A stretch of 64,000 nucleotides of DNA from the NCBI GenBank assembly GCA_010909165.1, contig MU008162.1:124001-188000 (forward strand), read 5' to 3'. A program made the translations under genes and the position numbers. Of this stretch, positions 58,410-64,000 are shown one piece after another. Under the pieces are notes generated by a model. The model was not told where the DNA came from. It saw only the letters and a program-made list of their open reading frames with translations, and did no database searches. Origin of the DNA: Anthoceros angustus (lineage: Eukaryota > Plantae > Anthocerotophyta). The number at the start of each line of letters is the position of its first letter. Positions within the stretch are counted from its first letter, which is position 1.

Positions 58410-60635
58410 CTAAGCAATAGCCCCTTGATCTTCCATGCAATGAAGAAGGGGTGCGTATCCTTCTTCGCTGCACGTCTTGATCAGAAGTTCTTCTAACATT
58501 GCGTATATGAGTAGACTGTCAGGATGTTCCCTACTGCCCACCACAAATACATGAGATTCCCCGTTCATATCAATCCAAAAGCTTTGTCCTGGTTCCTTCC
58601 ATGCTCCTGCCTCCAATCTCATTGCCTGAATCTTCGTTGCCTCTTCTGGCATGTTTGCAGCCGCATATATATTTGCCATAAGGACATATACAGCGGCATC
58701 GCCTTGATCCAAACCCACTGCACAATCAAATGCCTGTCTTGCAAGCATTATGTTACCCCATTTCTGACAAGCTCCCAAAACACATTTCCACACAGCACTG
58801 TCAGGTTGGAATGGCATCATCCTCACCATCTCCATGGCTTTGTGGACTTGGCCAGATCGGCCAAGTAGATCAACCATGCAGCTGTAGTGTTGGATAGTGG
58901 GAGTGATGCCATACTCACTGCTCATAGCCTCGAAGTACTTCTGGCCACTGTCCAAAAGACCCACATGACTGCACACAACAAGAATACCCAGAAATGTGAC
59001 ATCGTTTGGCTTTACACTCTCTTCCTTCATCCTCTCAAACAAGTCAAAGACGGCTCCGCTCTCTCCCTGTCGGGCATATCCTGCAATCAAAGCATTCCAT
59101 GCCACAATGTCTCTGGTGCGCATTCCATCAAACACCTGTCGCGCATCCACCATGCTCGAACATTTGCCATACATGCCAATCAAACTACTTGCCATGAAAA
59201 AGCCAGCCTCCAGGCCAGCTCCCAAAATCTGAGCATGGATCTCCTTCCCCTTCTCTAGTCCTGCCAGAGAACCACAAGCGTTGAGTACAGCTACGTATGT
59301 TCGATCATCTGGTACAAGGCCTTCTTTCTGCATCTGTCTGAATAGTTGCAAAGCCTCTTCACCCTTGTCTATCTGGGAATATCCCGCGATCATCGAATTC
59401 CAGCAAGCCACATCACGATGAGGCAGGCTCTCAAACACCCGCCTTGCATTCTCCAGGCTCCCACATTTTGCATACACATCCACCAGCATCGTCGCTACAA
59501 ATACATCCCTCTCAAAGTTGTCCTTCCTCACATCAGCATGGATAATTTCGACAGCTTGCAGGCACTTCTTTTTCAAAATTACTCCACCGCTGATATTTTT
59601 GTCCCCCGATTCTGCAATGGCACTGCAAGCCTTCAGTACAGAAACGTATGTCCGGTGGTTTGGAACAACACCTTCCTGTCGCATTCGCACAAACAGTTCT
59701 AAACCTTCTTCACCCACATCCATCTGGGCATACCCTAGTATCAGGGCAGTCCATGAAACCACATTGTGAACAGGCATTTTGTCAAAAACCTGTCTAGCAC
59801 TTTCCAGGCTGCCACATTTCGCATACGCATCCACTAGCATTGTGCCCACATACACATTCGATTCAAACTTCATCTTTGCAAGGTCTGCATGGATGACCCT
59901 CACAGTTTCCAGGCATTGTCTTCTGGCAAGTTCAGTACATTTTCCTGATTCTGCGATGGCACTGCAAGCCTTCAGTGCACCAACATATGTTCTGTTGTTG
60001 GGGACCACACCTTCCTGGTGCATCTGTCTATACAGCTGCAAAGCCTCTTCGCCCTTATTCACCTGGGCATACCCCAGAATCATTGCGGTCCAGGAAACCA
60101 CATCCCGATGGGGCATTTCTTTGAACACACGCTTAGCATTTTCTATGCTCCCACATTTGGCATAGACATCCACAAGCATGGTTCCCACAAACAAATCCTT
60201 CTCAAAACCACTTCTTACCACCTCTGCGTGAATTTGCTTCGCAGTTTCCAGGTCTTGCAAGGCACTGCAAGCCTTCAACAGGGAAACAAAGGTGCGTGGC
60301 CCTGGCTCCACTCCACTCCTCCGCATTTTCTCATACACCTTCAGAGCCTGCCTACCTTGCCCACAACTAATCTGCTGCGCTATTAGCGCCGTCCAGGAAT
60401 ACTCTCCCTGTTGAGACCGCTTCAATTCCACAGCGATATCATGTCTACACCTGTCTTGTTCCCCAAGTAACCCCTCGCTGTAGTTCAGATCCTCCACAGA
60501 ACTCTGCCATGCCGCAACCTTGGTCCTCTGCCAACCGGAACCCACGCAGCCATAGCTCAAGACCTGCGGCCAGCCCATGAGTCCCTTACCAGATAGCATC
60601 GTATATTCTCGCATCCATTCCAAGAGCAGATTCAC
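58410..60635 (-). CDS. PLS-class PPR protein, E+ (WW-type variant), 2 extra-long L motifs
   Basis: 741-aa ORF (first ATG at 60614) ending AWKEPGQSFWID...EEGYAPLL then a stop. Confidence 0.93.
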   Translation of the reverse strand: MNLLLEWMREYTMLSGKGLMGWPQVLSYGCVGSGWQRTKVAAWQSSVEDLNYSEGLLGEQDRCRHDIAVELKRSQQGEYSWTALIAQQISCGQGRQALKVYEKMRRSGVEPGPRTFVSLLKACSALQDLETAKQIHAEVVRSGFEKDLFVGTMLVDVYAKCGSIENAKRVFKEMPHRDVVSWTAMILGYAQVNKGEEALQLYRQMHQEGVVPNNRTYVGALKACSAIAESGKCTELARRQCLETVRVIHADLAKMKFESNVYVGTMLVDAYAKCGSLESARQVFDKMPVHNVVSWTALILGYAQMDVGEEGLELFVRMRQEGVVPNHRTYVSVLKACSAIAESGDKNISGGVILKKKCLQAVEIIHADVRKDNFERDVFVATMLVDVYAKCGSLENARRVFESLPHRDVACWNSMIAGYSQIDKGEEALQLFRQMQKEGLVPDDRTYVAVLNACGSLAGLEKGKEIHAQILGAGLEAGFFMASSLIGMYGKCSSMVDARQVFDGMRTRDIVAWNALIAGYARQGESGAVFDLFERMKEESVKPNDVTFLGILVVCSHVGLLDSGQKYFEAMSSEYGITPTIQHYSCMVDLLGRSGQVHKAMEMVRMMPFQPDSAVWKCVLGACQKWGNIMLARQAFDCAVGLDQGDAAVYVLMANIYAAANMPEEATKIQAMRLEAGAWKEPGQSFWIDMNGESHVFVVGSREHPDSLLIYAMLEELLIKTCSEEGYAPLLHCMEDQGAIA

Positions 60636-60991
60636 CCGTTCTCACTGAATCCCGTACAGAAACAACACAATACCTTGGATGTGAAATCAGATTTAGCAGT
60701 GCGGGGAGGCAACAACATCGGTGGTGCTCTACTACCAGCTAGGCGGATTGCCAGAATACTTCTCTGGTGGGCACTCGGTAAACAGCTGGGAAGTCTAGAT
60801 GCAATCAGCTATCAGTTTGGACTCGATCAGTTTGTAGTCCTTCTCGCCAAAGCTGAGGGTCTCCTCAGCGCCACATAGGCTGCCCACCTAGAAGTGAAGA
60901 GCTTGAGATAGTTGTAGCTCAACCTGTTGAAGTGCTGATCTGAGGACTCCCAGAACAAGATTGCACCTGGCCGTCGTACCAGTGTAAAAAC

Positions 60992-63652
60992 ATGTGTGCC
61001 TCATTTGCTTACAGTTGGTGTGAAGTTTGTGAAGGTTGGTGGACTAACCATAATGGATTGCCCTCGGACCAGCTCCATCGATCTCTGTCACATGGCAAGA
61101 CCCAGCGTGCATTTTGGATGAATGACACCAACACTTCACGATGGGAGATACAGGCTGTAAGTGGAGCTATGCTATCCACGGAACCTAGCAGAAGCTCTGT
61201 TATTGGATGCAGACCTCGGAGTGGGGAGTTTTCCTGGACAGAGCTCATTTCGCAACATACCAAGTCGGGACAATTTAGACAGGCTCTAAATCTGTATGTA
61301 GAAATGCGAAAAGATGAAGTAGAACCAAGGTCACACACCTTTGTGGCTCTGTTGAAAGCATGCAGTAGTTTGCAGGACTTGAGAAGTGTTAGAGAGATCC
61401 ACTCTGAGGTGGTTAGGTGTGGGTTTGAGACTGATGTGTATGTAGGCACTATGCTTGTGGATGCCTATGCCAAGAGTGGGAGCTTGGAGAATGCGAGGCG
61501 GGTTTTTGAGGAAATGCCGCATCGAGATGTCGTCTCCTGGAACGCCATGATCACAAGTTACGCCAAGATGGAGAAGGGGAAGGAGGCTTTACAATTGTTT
61601 ACAAGGATGCAACAGGAGGGTGCTGTCTTGGCGGACGAAAGAACATATGTTGGGGCACTGAAGGCCTGCAGTATTATTGCAGAATCGGGGCAAAAAAGTG
61701 GCTGTGATGGTTTTCTTGTTAGGAAACAATGCCTAGAAACTGTAACAGCCATCCATGCAGATGTTAGGAATGGGGGGTTTGAGTCAAATTCGTTTGTGGG
61801 GACAATGCTAGTCGATGCCTATGCTAAATGTGGAAGCGTGGAGAGTGCTAGAAATGTATTTGAGAACATGCCTGAACACAGTGTGGTATCTTGGACTGCC
61901 ATGATATTGGGTTATGCCCTGATGGACAAGGGTGAAGATGCTTTGCAACTGTACAGGGAGATGCAACAAGATGGTGTGGATCCGAATGATCGGACTTATG
62001 TTTCTGTACTCAAAGCCTGCAGCAGAATTGCAGAGCTTGGGGAGCGAGAGGGTGGTAATGGAACACTTGTGAAACATAAATGCCTGGAGATGGTCAGAGA
62101 GATCCATGCAGACATCGCAAAGGGCCAGTTTGGTTCTAATGTGTTTGTGGGGAACACGCTCGTGGACGTGTATGCAAAATGTGGGAGCTTGGAGAATGCT
62201 AGACGGGTTTTTGAAGTGATGCCTCATCGTGATGTTGTTTCCTGGAACGCCTTGATCGGGGGGTATGCCCAGATGGAAAGGGGTCAAGAAGCGTTACAAC
62301 TGTATGCACAAATGCAACATGAAGGTGTGGCACCAAATGATCGAACATACGTTGGTGTACTGAAGGCTTGCAGCATCGTTGCAGAATCAGGAAGGAGAGA
62401 AGGTGATGGTTGGATACATGCCAGGAAACTATGCCTGGAAACTGTGACAACCATCCACACAGATTTGAAGACTGAAAAGTTTGAGTCAGACGTATTTGTA
62501 GGGACAATGCTGGTGGATGCTTATGCGAAGTGTTGGAGCCTGGAAAATGCAAGGCGAGTGTTTGAAGCAATGCCTCAAAGGGATGTAGTTTCCTGGACTG
62601 CCCTGATCCTGGGGTACGCTGAGATGGAGAAGGGTGAAGAGGCTTTGAAGTTGTATGCGCAGATGGAACAGGAAGGTGTGGTGCCAAACAGTCTAACCTT
62701 CGTTGCTGCATTGAATGCCTGTGGTAGTATGGCAGGACTGGTAAAAGGAAAGCAAATTCATGCCCAAATTCTGCAAGCTGGTCTTGAGTGTGGCTCCTTT
62801 TTGACTAGCAGTTTGATTGATATGTATGGCAAATGTTCAAGCATGTCGGATGCACAGCAGGTGTTTGATGCAATGCCCACCAGAGAGGTTGCTGCATGGA
62901 ACGCATTGATTGTTGGGTATGCCCGTCAAGGGGAGAGTGAAGTCGTTTTCCAGTTGTTCAACAGGATGGGTCAGGAAGGTGTGAAGCCAGATGGAATTAC
63001 GTTTCTTGGTCTTCTCAGTGTGTGCAGTCATGTGGGTCTTGTGGACATGGGTGAAAAGTACTTTGAGGCAATGAGCAGAGAGTATGGCATCTTCCCGACT
63101 ATTCAGCACTACAATTGCATGGTTGATCTCCTGGGACGTGCAGGTCAAGTCCAGAAGGCCATGGAGATAGTGCAGATGATGCCTTTCCAACCAGAGAGTG
63201 CAGTCTGGAAATGTGTAATGGGTGCTTGTCAAAAGTGGGGACACGTTGAGCTGGGAAGAATTGCATTTGAAGGTGCAATCAGGTCGGATGCATGTGATGC
63301 TGCTCCATATGCATTAATGTCCAACATATATGCCGCTGCTCAAATGCCAGACGAGGCAAAGAAAATTCAAGCAATGAGGGTGGAATCACGAGCATGGAAG
63401 GAACCAGGACAGAGCTGGTGGGTGGACATGAGCGGGAATGCACATGCATTTGTTGCAGGGGATGGAAAACATCCTGAATGTGAAGATATTTTTGCGAAGT
63501 TGGGAGACCTTATGGTCCAAATTACAACAGCGGGCTATGCATCTAACCTTGATTCCATACACAAAGACATACTGGATGATGAGGAGGAGGCCTCATATGG
63601 ACAGGGGAAGACTGCTATACCCCTTGCCGGCTATTACCCTCTTCCTCGTTGA
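60992..63652 (+). CDS. PLS-class PPR protein, E+ (WW-type), 3 extra-long L motifs, degenerate DYW start
   Basis: 886-aa ORF ending AWKEPGQSWWVD...GYASNLDSIHKDILDDEEEASYGQGK. Confidence 0.93.
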   Translation: MCASFAYSWCEVCEGWWTNHNGLPSDQLHRSLSHGKTQRAFWMNDTNTSRWEIQAVSGAMLSTEPSRSSVIGCRPRSGEFSWTELISQHTKSGQFRQALNLYVEMRKDEVEPRSHTFVALLKACSSLQDLRSVREIHSEVVRCGFETDVYVGTMLVDAYAKSGSLENARRVFEEMPHRDVVSWNAMITSYAKMEKGKEALQLFTRMQQEGAVLADERTYVGALKACSIIAESGQKSGCDGFLVRKQCLETVTAIHADVRNGGFESNSFVGTMLVDAYAKCGSVESARNVFENMPEHSVVSWTAMILGYALMDKGEDALQLYREMQQDGVDPNDRTYVSVLKACSRIAELGEREGGNGTLVKHKCLEMVREIHADIAKGQFGSNVFVGNTLVDVYAKCGSLENARRVFEVMPHRDVVSWNALIGGYAQMERGQEALQLYAQMQHEGVAPNDRTYVGVLKACSIVAESGRREGDGWIHARKLCLETVTTIHTDLKTEKFESDVFVGTMLVDAYAKCWSLENARRVFEAMPQRDVVSWTALILGYAEMEKGEEALKLYAQMEQEGVVPNSLTFVAALNACGSMAGLVKGKQIHAQILQAGLECGSFLTSSLIDMYGKCSSMSDAQQVFDAMPTREVAAWNALIVGYARQGESEVVFQLFNRMGQEGVKPDGITFLGLLSVCSHVGLVDMGEKYFEAMSREYGIFPTIQHYNCMVDLLGRAGQVQKAMEIVQMMPFQPESAVWKCVMGACQKWGHVELGRIAFEGAIRSDACDAAPYALMSNIYAAAQMPDEAKKIQAMRVESRAWKEPGQSWWVDMSGNAHAFVAGDGKHPECEDIFAKLGDLMVQITTAGYASNLDSIHKDILDDEEEASYGQGKTAIPLAGYYPLPR

Positions 63653-64000
63653 ACCAGTAGAAGGGGCAGGTACTTTTGAGGTGAAAAACTGTTTGGAGTA
63701 TGAAGTTTGTCCCGGAGCTGGTGCTGATTTCGAGGATATAATTATCCATATTGGACGGGGACACAAGGTGCTGCCACCATAGATCTCAATAGGCACCCCA
63801 TGAAATTAAGATCTCTTCATGCGAGCATCTTTTCCTGTCCTGGCCTGAAAGTTGATACCACTCCAGAAGAACTACTGATACTGATGCCCCTGTTGCAGGC
63901 TCGGCTAAAAGCTCGATTACAGACAAGTGTCAGACTGAGATGCTGATGAGGAAGGAGGATGTCTTGGTATCCACGTACGTACATCGAAGTCAGCAGTTCG

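Overview
Gene-dense nuclear DNA from a plant, with short (~75-165 nt) spliceosomal introns. It is most likely a seed-free plant, probably a hornwort, inferred from the WW-type PLS-PPR genes and the compact gene structure. Recognisable housekeeping genes are RCCR/ACD2, PIG-C/GPI2, a SYP13-type syntaxin, a class II DnaJ, an ankyrin-repeat protein, RPL10, NADPH-cytochrome P450 reductase, an ASHR2-like SET/MYND protein and RRN3. Seven PLS-class PPR genes, each with an uninterrupted repeat-coding ORF, sit in two clusters (7.6-14.4 kb and 46.3-63.7 kb). Six of them carry an atypical 46-53 aa 'extra-long' L motif. None has an intact DYW deaminase, although decayed DYW sequence is still readable behind several of them. 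The most striking single gene is a 5-exon SH3b + NlpC/P60 peptidoglycan peptidase (27053-28217) of cyanobacterial type, with an intact catalytic triad and no evident transit peptide. Intergenic DNA holds two 5'-truncated RLE-type LINE copies with target-site duplications, an RTE/L2-like LINE 3' end, a decayed Mutator-like element, a foldback/MITE-like element, tRNA-derived SINE-like fragments and many short tandem duplications. All family assignments come from motif recognition by eye; no database search was run.
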